Source of the DNA: Eledone cirrhosa
Taxonomy: Eukaryota
Direction of reading: 5' to 3'
DNA length: 64,000 nucleotides
Assembly (NCBI GenBank): GCA_964016885.1
Contig: OZ024741.1
Coordinates: forward strand, 339,574,001 to 339,638,000
This document shows positions 39,519 to 53,358 of the stretch, in pieces. A model generated the notes under the pieces. That model was given only the letters and a program-made list of their open reading frames with translations. It had not been told where the DNA came from and ran no database searches. Numbering within the stretch: the stretch's first letter is position 1; the number at the start of each line of letters is the position of its first letter. Position numbers and translations under genes: made by a program.

Positions 39519-39898
39519 CAAAGGCATATTTAATTTGTTGGTAATTCAACAAATATATATATTTATAACAGATTCGAAGCACTCGACAGAATTTCTGGAG
39601 TATAATATCAATGCTATTAATAAATGGAAACTATATTTATGAAACCATATTTATTCTATTATATATATTTCAAGGGTACCAACACTTTGGTACGCTCTCA
39701 TCTGCTAAAATACAGAGCTTGTTTTATAAATATTCACATATCCAAGAATGAGACCTTAACGGTTCAAGTTTTACCAGGTAAAACTTGAACCAATAAATAT
39801 ATATGAATTTTATATAAAACAATAAATATATATCAATTTTAAATATAGAAATGGCTTCTACAGTTTCATTCGAAGTAAATAATTGTTTTTTATTTTTT

Positions 39899-40070
39899 TG
39901 GCACAAGGCCAGTAATTACCCAGTACATTACTGGTACTTTATTTTATCGACCCCGTAAGGATGAAAGGCAAAGTTAACCTCGGCGGGATTTGAACTCAGA
40001 ATGGCAAGGGCCGTAACTCTGTGCGTCAAAGCATGGCGTCCGACGCCTCTACCGATACTGCCAATCCACC
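39899..40070 (-). mobile_element. tRNA-derived SINE
   Basis: Same family as 4041-4230. Confidence 0.85.
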
Positions 40071-40087
40071 ACATTATATATATATAT

Positions 40088-40402
40088 ACGTTAGGTAATT
40101 CCGAAGAAAAGGCAAAGGAAAAAAGAGTGCTCGATGTATAGAACAGAGCTATTTATTTAGAAAGTGAACAACACAATATATAACTACTCCATTATCAAAA
40201 GTTTCTAGATCGTTCATCAGACAGAGATAACATCTCTATCTGATGAACGATCTAGAAATATATTACTATTGTCTGTCTAGGGTCCTGAAACCTTTGGTAA
40301 TGGAATAGTTATATATTGAGTTGTTCACTTTCTAATTAAATAGCGCTGTATTATACATAGAGCACTCTTTTTTCCTTTGCCTTTTCTTCGGAATTACCTA
40401 AC

Positions 40403-40404
<2 letters not shown>
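40088..40404. mobile_element. 317-bp foldback element in (TA)n with a hammerhead
   Basis: Arms are reverse complements around about 40230; right arm CTAT-CTGATGA...GAAA-CC ttt GG-TA-ATGG (40236-40303); the left arm has an internal deletion. Confidence 0.7.
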
Positions 40405-40438
<34 letters not shown>

Positions 40439-40443
40439 TTTTT

Positions 40444-40547
<104 letters not shown>

Positions 40548-40664
40548 CATATATATGTATACCGGGTTCAACGGGTGAAACCACAGTAAATATGGTACAC
40601 AGTAAATATATAAAAATGTTAAATATAGAAATGGCTTCTAGTGTTTCATTCGAAGTAAATAATG

Positions 40665-40708
<44 letters not shown>

Positions 40709-40822
40709 TGGCTTTTACAGGACTAGAACTCTCAAGCGTGAAACTAATACTAATATCATATGTACTGCCTCTTCGTTTTTCTGTTTTTTGTTCTCTGTTT
40801 ATTTATTAAACTATATATATCT

Positions 40823-40858
<36 letters not shown>

Positions 40859-41103
40859 CGAAGGAAATGTGGTAAGGAACCAGGTGGACCATAACGCACC
40901 AAAGTACTCAATACTTAGGGTAGTAGAGTGGGTAATAGGAACCAGTAAGACCCCGACGGCTGAGCTCAAGCCGTTTCGACGGCTAATTCTATATATATAT
41001 TCTATATATATATATTCTATATATATATATTTATATATATATATATTCTATATATATATATTCTATATATATACATTTATATATATATATATTCTATATA
41101 TAT

Positions 41104-41142
<39 letters not shown>

Positions 41143-41474
41143 GAAAAAGGAAGAAAGGTTTTATACAAAACAGTGGTTATAGAGAAAAGACGAAATTGGA
41201 AATAACACGGAAAATATATTTAAGGATCTTTTTTTTTTTTTTTCTTTGATTCGTCAATGTGATATTATTGAAAAAATGAGAGGGGCAATATAATGTATAT
41301 AAAGTATATAAAGTATAACCGGTTCCGATGTATTAGTAAAATTCATCTTATCAAATGTTGATTATTTCAATTAAAAAGAAATAATAAGAATTAAAAATTA
41401 AATCAAATATTTAAAATTAAGTGTTGAGGCAAGTTCTTTTCATCTTTCTTGTTGAGAAGAAGACTGGAAAAAAA

Positions 41475-41552
<78 letters not shown>

Positions 41553-41563
<11 letters not shown>

Positions 41564-44500
41564 AATATAGACATAGAATATTCGAAAATATTCTGTATGT
41601 TTATAATAAACATTTTGAAGACCTAATCGCTATAGAATAGAATACGTCACGTATTACAATTAGATTCTCGATAAAAGCAAGGGAAGTAATCTACGCGTTT
41701 CATTCTTATTAGAAATCTTCAGGACTACATATCCAGTGCTTTTATCGAGAATGACACAGCTAGAGACTTATAGAATACTTAGCTGTGTACAGGAACTGGT
41801 TTGAAAGAGCGGTTGCCGGTCCGGCAGAAATTATAAATTGGAATAAATGCTCTGAAATAGCGATATATATGTGAATATAGACATAGAATATTCGAAAATA
41901 TTCTGTATGTTTATAATAAACATTTTGAAGACCTAATCGCTATAGAATAGAATACGTCACGTATTACAATTAGATTCTCGATAAAAGCAAGGGAAGTAAT
42001 CTACGCGTTTCATTCTTATTAGAAATCTTCAGGACTACATATCCAGTGCTTTTATCGAGAATGACACAGCTAGAGACTTATAGAATACTTAGCTGTGTAC
42101 AGGAACTGGTTTGAAAGAGCGGTTGCCGGTCCGGCAGAAATTATAAATTGGAATAAATGCTCTGAAATAGCGATATATATGTGAATATAGACATAGAATA
42201 TTCGAAAATATTCTGTATGTTTATAATAAACATTTTGAAGACCTAATCGCTATAGAATAGAATACGTCACGTATTACAATTAGATTCTCGATAAAAGCAA
42301 GGGAAGTAATCTACGCGTTTCATTCTTATTAGAAATCTTCAGGACTACATATCCAGTGCTTTTATCGAGAATGACACAGCTAGAGACTTATAGAATACTT
42401 AGCTGTGTACAGGAACTGGTTTGAAAGAGCGGTTGCCGGTCCGGCAGAAATTATAAATTGGAATAAATGCTCTGAAATAGCGATATATATGTGAATATAG
42501 ACATAGAATATTCGAAAATATTCTGTATGTTTATAATAAACATTTTGAAGACCTAATCGCTATAGAATAGAATACGTCACGTATTACAATTAGATTCTCG
42601 ATAAAAGCAAGGGAAGTAATCTACGCGTTTCATTCTTATTAGAAATCTTCAGGACTACATATCCAGTGCTTTTATCGAGAATGACACAGCTAGAGACTTA
42701 TAGAATACTTAGCTGTGTACAGGAACTGGTTTGAAAGAGCGGTTGCCGGTCCGGCAGAAATTATAAATTGGAATAAATGCTCTGAAATAGCGATATATAT
42801 GTGAATATAGACATAGAATATTCGAAAATATTCTGTATGTTTATAATAAACATTTTGAAGACCTAATCGCTATAGAATAGAATACGTCACGTATTACAAT
42901 TAGATTCTCGATAAAAGCAAGGGAAGTAATCTACGCGTTTCATTCTTATTAGAAATCTTCAGGACTACATATCCAGTGCTTTTATCGAGAATGACACAGC
43001 TAGAGACTTATAGAATACTTAGCTGTGTACAGGAACTGGTTTGAAAGAGCGGTTGCCGGTCCGGCAGAAATTATAAATTGGAATAAATGCTCTGAAATAG
43101 CGATATATATGTGAATATAGACATAGAATATTCGAAAATATTCTGTATGTTTATAATAAACATTTTGAAGACCTAATCGCTATAGAATAGAATACGTCAC
43201 GTATTACAATTAGATTCTCGATAAAAGCAAGGGAAGTAATCTACGCGTTTCATTCTTATTAGAAATCTTCAGGACTACATATCCAGTGCTTTTATCGAGA
43301 ATGACACAGCTAGAGACTTATAGAATACTTAGCTGTGTACAGGAACTGGTTTGAAAGAGCGGTTGCCGGTCCGGCAGAAATTATAAATTGGAATAAATGC
43401 TCTGAAATAGCGATATATATGTGAATATAGACATAGAATATTCGAAAATATTCTGTATGTTTATAATAAACATTTTGAAGACCTAATCGCTATAGAATAG
43501 AATACGTCACGTATTACAATTAGATTCTCGATAAAAGCAAGGGAAGTAATCTACGCGTTTCATTCTTATTAGAAATCTTCAGGACTACATATCCAGTGCT
43601 TTTATCGAGAATGACACAGCTAGAGACTTATAGAATACTTAGCTGTGTACAGGAACTGGTTTGAAAGAGCGGTTGCCGGTCCGGCAGAAATTATAAATTG
43701 GAATAAATGCTCTGAAATAGCGATATATATGTGAATATAGACATAGAATATTCGAAAATATTCTGTATGTTTATAATAAACATTTTGAAGACCTAATCGC
43801 TATAGAATAGAATACGTCACGTATTACAATTAGATTCTCGATAAAAGCAAGGGAAGTAATCTACGCGTTTCATTCTTATTAGAAATCTTCAGGACTACAT
43901 ATCCAGTGCTTTTATAAGTCTCTAGCTGTGTCATTCTCGATAAAAGCACTGGATATGTAGTCCTGAAGATTTCTAATAAGAATGAAACGCGTAGATTACT
44001 TCCCTTGCTTTTATCGAGAATCTAATTGTAATACGTGACGTATTCTATTCTATAGCGATTAGGTCTTCAAAATGTTTATTATAAACATACAGAATATTTT
44101 CGAATATTCTATGTCTATATTCACATATATATCGCTATTTCAGAGCATTTATTCCAATTTATAATTTCTGCCGGACCGGCAACCGCTCTTTCAAACCAGT
44201 TCCTGTACACAGCTAAGTATTCTATAAGTCTCTAGCTGTGTCATTCTCGATAAAAGCACTGGATATGTAGTCCTGAAGATTTCTAATAAGAATGAAACGC
44301 GTAGATTACTTCCCTTGCTTTTATCGAGAATCTAATTGTAATACGTGACGTATTCTATTCTATAGCGATTAGGTCTTCAAAATGTTTATTATAAACATAC
44401 AGAATATTTTCGAATATTCTATGTCTATATTCACATATATATCGCTATTTCAGAGCATTTATTCCAATTTATAATTTCTGCCGGACCGGCAACCGCTCTT

Positions 44501-45706
44501 TCAAACCAGTTCCTGTACACAGCTAAGTATTCTATAAGTCTCTAGCTGTGTCATTCTCGATAAAAGCACTGGATATGTAGTCCTGAAGATTTCTAATAAG
44601 AATGAAACGCGTAGATTACTTCCCTTGCTTTTATCGAGAATCTAATTGTAATACGTGACGTATTCTATTCTATAGCGATTAGGTCTTCAAAATGTTTATT
44701 ATAAACATACAGAATATTTTCGAATATTCTATGTCTATATTCACATATATATCGCTATTTCAGAGCATTTATTCCAATTTATAATTTCTGCCGGACCGGC
44801 AACCGCTCTTTCAAACCAGTTCCTGTACACAGCTAAGTATTCTATAAGTCTCTAGCTGTGTCATTCTCGATAAAAGCACTGGATATGTAGTCCTGAAGAT
44901 TTCTAATAAGAATGAAACGCGTAGATTACTTCCCTTGCTTTTATCGAGAATCTAATTGTAATACGTGACGTATTCTATTCTATAGCGATTAGGTCTTCAA
45001 AATGTTTATTATAAACATACAGAATATTTTCGAATATTCTATGTCTATATTCACATATATATCGCTATTTCAGAGCATTTATTCCAATTTATAATTTCTG
45101 CCGGACCGGCAACCGCTCTTTCAAACCAGTTCCTGTACACAGCTAAGTATTCTATAAGTCTCTAGCTGTGTCATTCTCGATAAAAGCACTGGATATGTAG
45201 TCCTGAAGATTTCTAATAAGAATGAAACGCGTAGATTACTTCCCTTGCTTTTATCGAGAATCTAATTGTAATACGTGACGTATTCTATTCTATAGCGATT
45301 AGGTCTTCAAAATGTTTATTATAAACATACAGAATATTTTCGAATATTCTATGTCTATATTCACATATATATCGCTATTTCAGAGCATTTATTCCAATTT
45401 ATAATTTCTGCCGGACCGGCAACCGCTCTTTCAAACCAGTTCCTGTACACAGCTAAGTATTCTATAAGTCTCTAGCTGTGTCATTCTCGATAAAAGCACT
45501 GGATATGTAGTCCTGAAGATTTCTAATAAGAATGAAACGCGTAGATTACTTCCCTTGCTTTTATCGAGAATCTAATTGTAATACGTGACGTATTCTATTC
45601 TATAGCGATTAGGTCTTCAAAATGTTTATTATAAACATACAGAATATTTTCGAATATTCTATGTCTATATTCACATATATATCGCTATTTCAGAGCATTT
45701 ATTCCA

Positions 45707-45708
<2 letters not shown>
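41553..45708. mobile_element. 310-bp hammerhead-containing tandem array (retrozyme-like) with central inversion
   Basis: GTGAATATAG recurs at 41561+310n up to 43731; orientation flips at 43913-43915; about 7.6 + 5.8 units; HHR in every unit; (TA)n flanks. Confidence 0.92.
43933..44021 (+). ncRNA. Representative type I hammerhead of the 310-bp unit (14 copies)
   Basis: GTAGTC-CTGAAGA-T-TTCT aata AGAA-T-GAAA-CGCG-TA-GATTAC (43957-43999). Stem I is extended after an internal loop by a 16-bp helix ATTCTCGATAAAAGCA/TGCTTTTATCGAGAAT. Predicted cleavage after GUA at 43993. Confidence 0.88.
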
Positions 45709-45776
<68 letters not shown>

Positions 45777-45818
45777 ATGTATGTAGTATGTATATATATA
45801 CGATATATATATATATAT

Positions 45819-46595
45819 TTGGAGGGTCACTGATGAAGGACTCACTTTTTCATATGTATCCCATTTGCAACGCCGCAGCTCCATTATTATCATATTTACA
45901 CATATATTTTTTCCATACTGCCTCGTCTGTTTCGTTCCTTGTATCTTTACCCTTTCTAGCAGTCTCTCTCTCTGTTAGCCTCCTCCTCCACTTTCACTCA
46001 CTCATTCTCTGGCACTACCTCTCCTCCTCCTCTTTCATCCTCCTCCTTCAAGTTTGACCTGTGTGTAATTCTTTTCTCGCGCGGTCTTGACCAAGCTGGT
46101 ATGGAATTTTTTTCTCTCTCTCTTTCGTCTGCGACTTCACAAAACTTACGTTTACTGAATTCGTAGAACAGACCCCTTTATCTTCTTCTTCTTCTTCTTC
46201 TTCTTCTTCTTCTTCTTCTTCTTCTTCTTCTTCTTCTTCTTCTTCTTCTTCTTCTTCTTCTTCTCTCCTTTTTCTCTGTCTCCTTTTCCCCCCCCCGTCA
46301 AACTTGGGCGAAATTCTTTCCTTGCTCACATTTCAACCAGGTTTGATGGTCTTTTGTCTCTTGTTCACGATTTCATAGAGTTTATATTCATAGAGATCTG
46401 GGACTTGTCTATTTCTACTCACTTTCCGTTGCTAAAACTTTTTTGTTGTTACCCTGGCGTCCCCTTTGTTTACGTGTCCCAACGACTTTTTTTAGCCGTT
46501 GTTCGCACCAACCCGAGGCATATGGCCCTTAAAGCGATGACATGCCTAGGACGGTTGGAGGGTCACTGATGAAGGACTCACTTTTTCATATGTAT
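45819..46595 (+). mobile_element. 736-bp terminally redundant element in (TA)n (PLE pseudo-LTR-like)
   Basis: 41-bp direct repeat (45819-45859 / 46555-46595) containing CTGATGAAGGA; shares a TACTGCCTC motif with the PLE end at about 2578. Confidence 0.55.
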
Positions 46596-46777
46596 ATATA
46601 TATATATATATATGTCTGTGAGTGTGTGTATGTATGTATGTATGTCAGGTCGTTCGTCAACGCTACTCGTAACATGTAACCCAGTACAACCTGTGCATGG
46701 TCGGGTCGTCGGCGAATAAACCGGCAACTCCATTAAGCATGCTTCGTAACGAGGGGGATTTTGGACACAGTGCGTTA

Positions 46778-48057
46778 GCTGTGTAATAATACTGTTAACT
46801 GTGTAATAATACTGTTAATTGTGTAATACTATTGTTAATTGTGTAATACTATTGTTAATTGTGTAATAATACTGTTAACTGTGCAATAATACTGTTAACT
46901 GTGTAATAATACTTTTAACTGTGTAATAATACTGTTAGCTGTGTAATAATACTGTTAACTGTGTAATAATACTGTTAATTGTGTAATACTACTGTTAATT
47001 GTGTAATACTATTGTTAATTGTGTAATAATAATGTTAACTGTAATAATACTGTTAGCTGTGTAATAATACTGTTAGATGTGTAATACTACTGTTAACTGT
47101 GTAATAATACTGTTAACTGTGTAATAATACTGTTAGCTGTGTAATACTACTGTTAACTGTGTAATAATACTGTTAACTGTGTAATAATACTGTTAGCTGT
47201 GTAATACTACTGTTAACTGTGTAATAATACTATTAACTGTGTAATAATACTGTTAGCTGTGTAATAATACTGTTAGCTGTGTAATAATACTGTTAACTGT
47301 GTAATAATACTATTAACTGTGTAATAATACTATTAACTGTGTAATACTACTGTTAGCTGTGTAGTAATACTATTAACTGTATAATAATACTATTAACTGT
47401 GTAATAATACTATTAACTGTGTAATAATACTGTTAGCTGTGTAGTAATACTATTAACTGTATAATAATACTGTTAGGTGTGTAATAATACTGTTAGCTGT
47501 GTAGTAATACTATTAATTGTGTAATAATACTGTTAGCTGTGTAATAATACTGTTAACTGTGTAATAATACTATTAACTCTGTAATAATACTATTAACTGT
47601 GTAATAATACTGTTAGCTGTGTAGTAATACTATTAACTGTATAATAATACTATTAACTGTGTAATAATACTATTAACTGTGTAATAATACTATTAACTGT
47701 GTAATAATACTATTAACTGTGTAATAATACTGTTATCTGTGTAGTAATATTAACTGTGTAATAATACTATTAACTGTGTAATAATACTATTAACTGTGTA
47801 GTAATACTATTAACTGTATAATAATACTGTTAGGTGTGTAATAATACTGTTAGCTGTGTAGTAATACTATTAAGTGTGTAATAATACTATTAACTGTGTA
47901 ATAATACTGTTAATTGTGTAATAATACTGTTAGCTGTGTAGTAATACTATTAACTGTGTAATACTACTGTTAGCTGTGTAATAATACTGTTAGCTGTGTA
48001 ATAATACTGTTATCTGGGTAATAATACTGTTAACTGTGTAATAATACTGTTAGCTGT
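46778..48057. repeat. 20-bp minisatellite (TGTGTAATAATACTGTTAAC)n
   Basis: About 64 diverged units. Confidence 0.95.
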
Positions 48058-49114
48058 TTGTACATCTATTATAGCAGCCATTTGTGAGTGGCCTTTGTTG
48101 ATGGTTTACACCGTTGACAACTGTTTCTGGTTGTCGTCAAGAAACGTTAGTCAGTTATTACCATATAGCCATATTCTTTTGTTTCAGTGAATGTTGGTGT
48201 CATCACACATAATGTTATTAAAAGAGTGGAAAAAGGCAAAAGTAAAAAAAATCATAGAAATTATCATAGAAATTATTGCCAAACGACATCAGTTCTTATC
48301 TGTATGTGGACCCCCACCCCCGAAAAAAAACCCGCCAAAAAACAAAAAAGAACAACAAGAAAACAACCAATAACAAAAATCACCCCTCCTCCAAAAAAAA
48401 AAAAATATATACCCAGCAAAATCTAAAACAAACAAAGCTAGCCATTGAAATTTCCCATTTGATGAAGAGTTTTACATAGCAACCAACATATTAAAAAAAT
48501 ATTTTTTTGAAAAATCTGAAAAAAATTTTATGATATTGGTTTATTTGTCTGAAGTGAAAATTACTTCTTAGATGTATTAAGGTGCCGCTCCTTCAAGTAG
48601 TTTTCTTAAAGAAAAAGCACATGTGTTGTGACTAGTTACTGAGAATTGCACAGCATAAAAGATCTTTTGTTATCAGAAAGGAAAGCTTCTGGGATTGTCT
48701 ACTAATGTTGATGTTACGATTGTGGCGGATTTAAAAAAACATTTTGTTATTTTTTGTCTTTCTTTATCTTTAGTTTGAAAGAACATTTTCAAATACAGAG
48801 GTTACTACCCTCTGGTTCAATGCTACAACTATAGCTGTTTATCTGTGTACTTTTGAAATTCAACTGACGTTAAGATATTCAAATTCCATCCATCCAAACA
48901 TCCACGTGTCTTAAAGGCTTCATGGTGTCGAAGGGACACCATAATTTACGACGTGGCTCCGCCATTCAAACACTGTCAAAGTTCTTCCCTCTCTCCATGT
49001 ATTGATACAGACGATTTCTTCCAGAGAATTAAAATGAACGACGGAAAGACTCACCCACAAACACACGCACACACACACACATATATACACATGTGTGTAT
49101 AAACATACACATAC

Positions 49115-49180
<66 letters not shown>

Positions 49181-49268
49181 GTAATAATAATAAATGTGAA
49201 GACTAAAATCCGAAGAGAGCTCGATAAGGGTGAAAGCGGCGATTCTTTGCTTAAACTTTAATCTGTTA

Positions 49269-49320
<52 letters not shown>

Positions 49321-49362
49321 TATATATATATGTATATATATATATTAAAATATTAAAGTTTA

Positions 49363-49448
<86 letters not shown>

Positions 49449-49667
49449 TATAAATATATATATATATTTATATTATATATATATATATATATACATACTA
49501 TATATATAGTATGTTATATTATGAAATATAAAAGTATTTGTATATACAATATGTAATATGGTTGAGTGGTTAAAGAATTGGATTCGCAATTGCTAGTAAT
49601 TCTACATCATAACGTGTATAGTAGATTTTAGTGCTATTTCTGTAATTGGGTATATTTGTAAATCGTA

Positions 49668-52600
49668 GATAATATGTGCAGGCCTTGATAGTGGTATTTT
49701 CTGTATGATGCGTATATTTGTATGTCCTGGGGTACTCTACATAATATGTGCAGGCCTTGATAGTAGTATTTTCTGTATGATGTGTATATTTGTATGTCCT
49801 GGGGTACTCTACATTAATATGTGCAGGCCTTGATAGTGGTATTTTCTGTATGATGTGTATATTTGTATGTCCTGGGGTACTCTACATTAATATGTGCAGG
49901 CCTTGATAGTGGTATTTTCTGTATGATGTGTATATTTGTATGTCCTGGGGTACTCTACATTAATATGTGCAGGCCTTGATAGTAGTATTTTCTGTATGAT
50001 GCGTATATTTGTATGTCCTGGGGTACTCTACATAATATGTGCAGGCCTTGATAGTAGTATTTTCTGTATGATGTGTATATTTGTATGTCCTGGGGTACTC
50101 TACATTAATATGTGCAGGCCTTGATAGTGGTATTTTCTGTATGATGTGTATATTTGTATGTCCTGGGGTACTCTACATTAATATGTGCAGGCCTTGATAG
50201 TGGTATTTTCTGTATGATGCGTATATTTGTATGTCCTGGGGTACTCTACATAATATGTGCAGGCCTTGATAGTAGTATTTTCTGTATGATGTGTATATTT
50301 GTATGTCCTGGGGTACTCTACATTAATATGTGCAGGCCTTGATAGTGGTATTTTCTGTATGATGTGTATATTTGTATGTCCTGGGGTACTCTACATTAAT
50401 ATGTGCAGGCCTTGATAGTGGTATTTTCTGTATGATGTGTATATTTGTATGTCCTGGGGTACTCTACATTAATATGTGCAGGCCTTGATAGTGGTATTTT
50501 CTGTATGATGCGTATATTTGTATGTCCTGGGGTACTCTACATAATATGTGCAGGCCTTGATAGTAGTATTTTCTGTATGATGTGTATATTTGTATGTCCT
50601 GGGGTACTCTACATTAATATGTGCAGGCCTTGATAGTGGTATTTTCTGTATGATGTGTATATTTGTATGTCCTGGGGTACTCTACATTAATATGTGCAGG
50701 CCTTGATAGTGGTATTTTCTGTATGATGTGTATATTTGTATGTCCTGGGGTACTCTACATTAATATGTGCAGGCCTTGATAGTGGTATTTTCTGTATGAT
50801 GCGTATATTTGTATGTCCTGGGGTACTCTACATAATATGTGCAGGCCTTGATAGTGGTATTTTCTGTATGATGCGTATATTTGTATGTCCTGGGGTACTC
50901 TACATAATATGTGCAGGCCTTGATAGTGGTATTTTCTGTATGATGTGTATATTTGTATGTCCTGGGGTACTCTACATAATATGTGCAGGCCTTGATAGTG
51001 GTATTTTCTGTATGATGTGTATATTTGTATATCCTGGGGTACTCTACATAATATGTGTAGACCTTAATAGTGGTATTTTCTGTATGATGCGTATATTTGT
51101 ATGTCCTGGGGTACTCTACATAATATGTGTAGACCTTAATAGTGGTATTTTCTGTATGATGCGCATATTTGTATGTCCTGGGGTACTCTACATAATATGT
51201 GTAGACCTTAATAGTGGTATTTTCTGTATGATGCGTATATTTGTATGTCCTGGGGTACTCTACATTAATATGTGTAGACCTTAATAGTGGTATTTTCTGT
51301 ATGATGCGCATATTTGTATGTCCTGGGGTACTCTACATAATATGTGTAGACCTTAATAGTGGTATTTTCTGTATGATGTGTATATTTGTATGTCCTGGGG
51401 TACTCTACATAATATGTGTAGACCTTAATAGTGGTATTTTCTGTATGATGCGCATATTTGTATGTCCTGGGGTACTCTACATAATATGTGTAGACCTTAA
51501 TAGTGGTATTTTCTGTATGATGTGTATATTTGTATGTCCTGGGGTACTCTACATAATATGTGCAGGCCTTGATAGTGGTATTTTCTGTATGATGCGTATA
51601 TTTGTATGTCCTGGGGTTCTCTACATTAATATGTGCAGGCCTTGATAGTGGTATTTTCTGTATGATGTGTATATTTGTATATCCTGGGGTACTCTACATA
51701 ATATGTGTAGACCTTAATAGTGGTATTTTCTGTATGATGCGTATATTTGTATGTCCTGGGGTACTCTACATAATATGTGTAGACCTTAATAGTGGTATTT
51801 TCTGTATGATGCGCATATTTGTATGTCCTGGGGTACTCTACATAATATGTGTAGACCTTAATAGTGGTATTTTCTGTATGATGTGTATATTTGTATATCC
51901 TGGGGTACTCTACATAATATGTGCAGGCCTTGATAGTGGTATTTTATGTATGATGTGTATATTTGTATGTCTTGGGGTACTCTACATAATATGTGTAGAC
52001 CTTAATAGTGGTATTTTCTGTATGATGCGCATATTTGTATGTCTTGGGGGTATTCTACATAATATGTGTAGACCTTAATAGTGGTATTTTCTGTATGATG
52101 CGTATATTTGTATGTCCTGGGGTACTCTACATAATATGTGTAGACCTTAATAGTGGTATTTTCTGTATGATGCGTATATTTGTATGTCCTGGGGTACTCT
52201 ACATAATATGTGTAGACCTTAATAGTGGTATTTTCTGTATGATGCGCATATTTGTATGTCTTGGGGGTATTCTACATAATATGTGTAGACCTTAATAGTG
52301 GTATTTTCTGTATGATGCGTATATTTGTATGTCCTGGGGTACTCTACATAATATGTGTAGACCTTAATAGTGGTATTTTCTGTATGATGCGTATATTTGT
52401 ATGTCCTGGGGTACTCTACATAATATGTGTAGACCTTAATAGTGGTATTTTCTGTATGATGCGTATATTTGTATGTCCTGGGGTACTCTACATAATATGT
52501 GCAGGCCTTGATAGTGGTATTTTCTGTATGATGCGTATATTTGTATGTCCTGGGGTACTCTACATAATATGTGCAGGCCTTGATAGTGGTATTTTCTGTA

Positions 52601-52922
52601 TGATGCGTATATTTGTATGTCCTGGGGTACTCTACATAATATGTGTAGACCTTAATAGTGGTATTTTCTGTATGATACGTATATTTGTATGTCCTGGGGT
52701 ACTCTACATAATATGTGTAGACCTTAATAGTGGTATTTTCTGTATGATGCGTATATTTGTATGTCCTGGGGTACTCTACATAATATGTGTAGACCTTAAT
52801 AGTGGTATTTTCTGTATGATGCGTATATTTGTATGTCCTGGGGTACTCTACATATGTGCAGGCCTTGATAGTGGTATTTTCTGTATGATGTGTATATTTG
52901 TATGTCCTGGGGTATTCTACAT
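49668..52922. repeat. 72/73-bp satellite
   Basis: Unit ATAATATGTGCAGGCCTTGATAGTGGTATTTTCTGTATGATGCGTATATTTGTATGTCCTGGGGTACTCTAC, about 45 copies; degenerate units continue to about 53290. Confidence 0.95.
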
Positions 52923-53116
52923 CAGGCATGTCAAACTGAAGGTTCCCTGAGGGCCACATGAGTCACATATGAGTTATCTGAGGGCCACACATGACAACTA
53001 ATTGCGTACATTACAACTAATTTTACGAAGATAAAACATGCTCGAGCTGTAAAAATCTTTGTGCAGGCCGCAGGATTGCTTGTAAATGGCCGCGAGCAGC
53101 ATGTTTGACATGCCTG
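52923..53116. mobile_element. hAT-type MITE
   Basis: 14-bp TIR CAGGCATGTCAAAC/GTTTGACATGCCTG; imperfect 8-bp TSD TTCTACAT/CTCTACAC. Confidence 0.85.
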
Positions 53117-53358
53117 CTCTACACAATATGTGTGCAGTACATAGTAGGGATACTTTCTGTATGTTGTGGGTACTCTACATAATATGTGCAGTCCTTGATA
53201 GTGATATTTACTGTGTTGTGTAAAGTTGTATGTCCTGGGGTACTCTACATAATATGTGCAGTGCCAGGCAGTGATATTTTCTGTATTATTGTATATAATG
53301 ATGTAAATTATAAAAGTTATAATTATATGTTGTGGAATATAAGATTTGTTTGTATTTA

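Noticed and set aside
39652-39712. Minus-strand hammerhead-like CAGATGA...GAAATATATATA
   Set aside because: U4A core change and a stem I mismatch; likely decayed.
41553-45708. CRISPR array or ordinary centromeric satellite
   Set aside because: No unique spacers, eukaryotic context; identical units, inversion and ribozyme core argue for a retro-origin.
46628-46770. Possible HDV-like or twister ribozyme near GGCGAA
   Set aside because: I could not build the required pseudoknot pairings by eye.
49207-49245. CCGAAGA...GAAAGCGGC hammerhead-like motif
   Set aside because: Core and cleavage triplet are degenerate.
49936-52959. Repetitive ORFs in the 72-bp satellite
   Set aside because: 73-bp variants repeatedly break the frame; non-coding.
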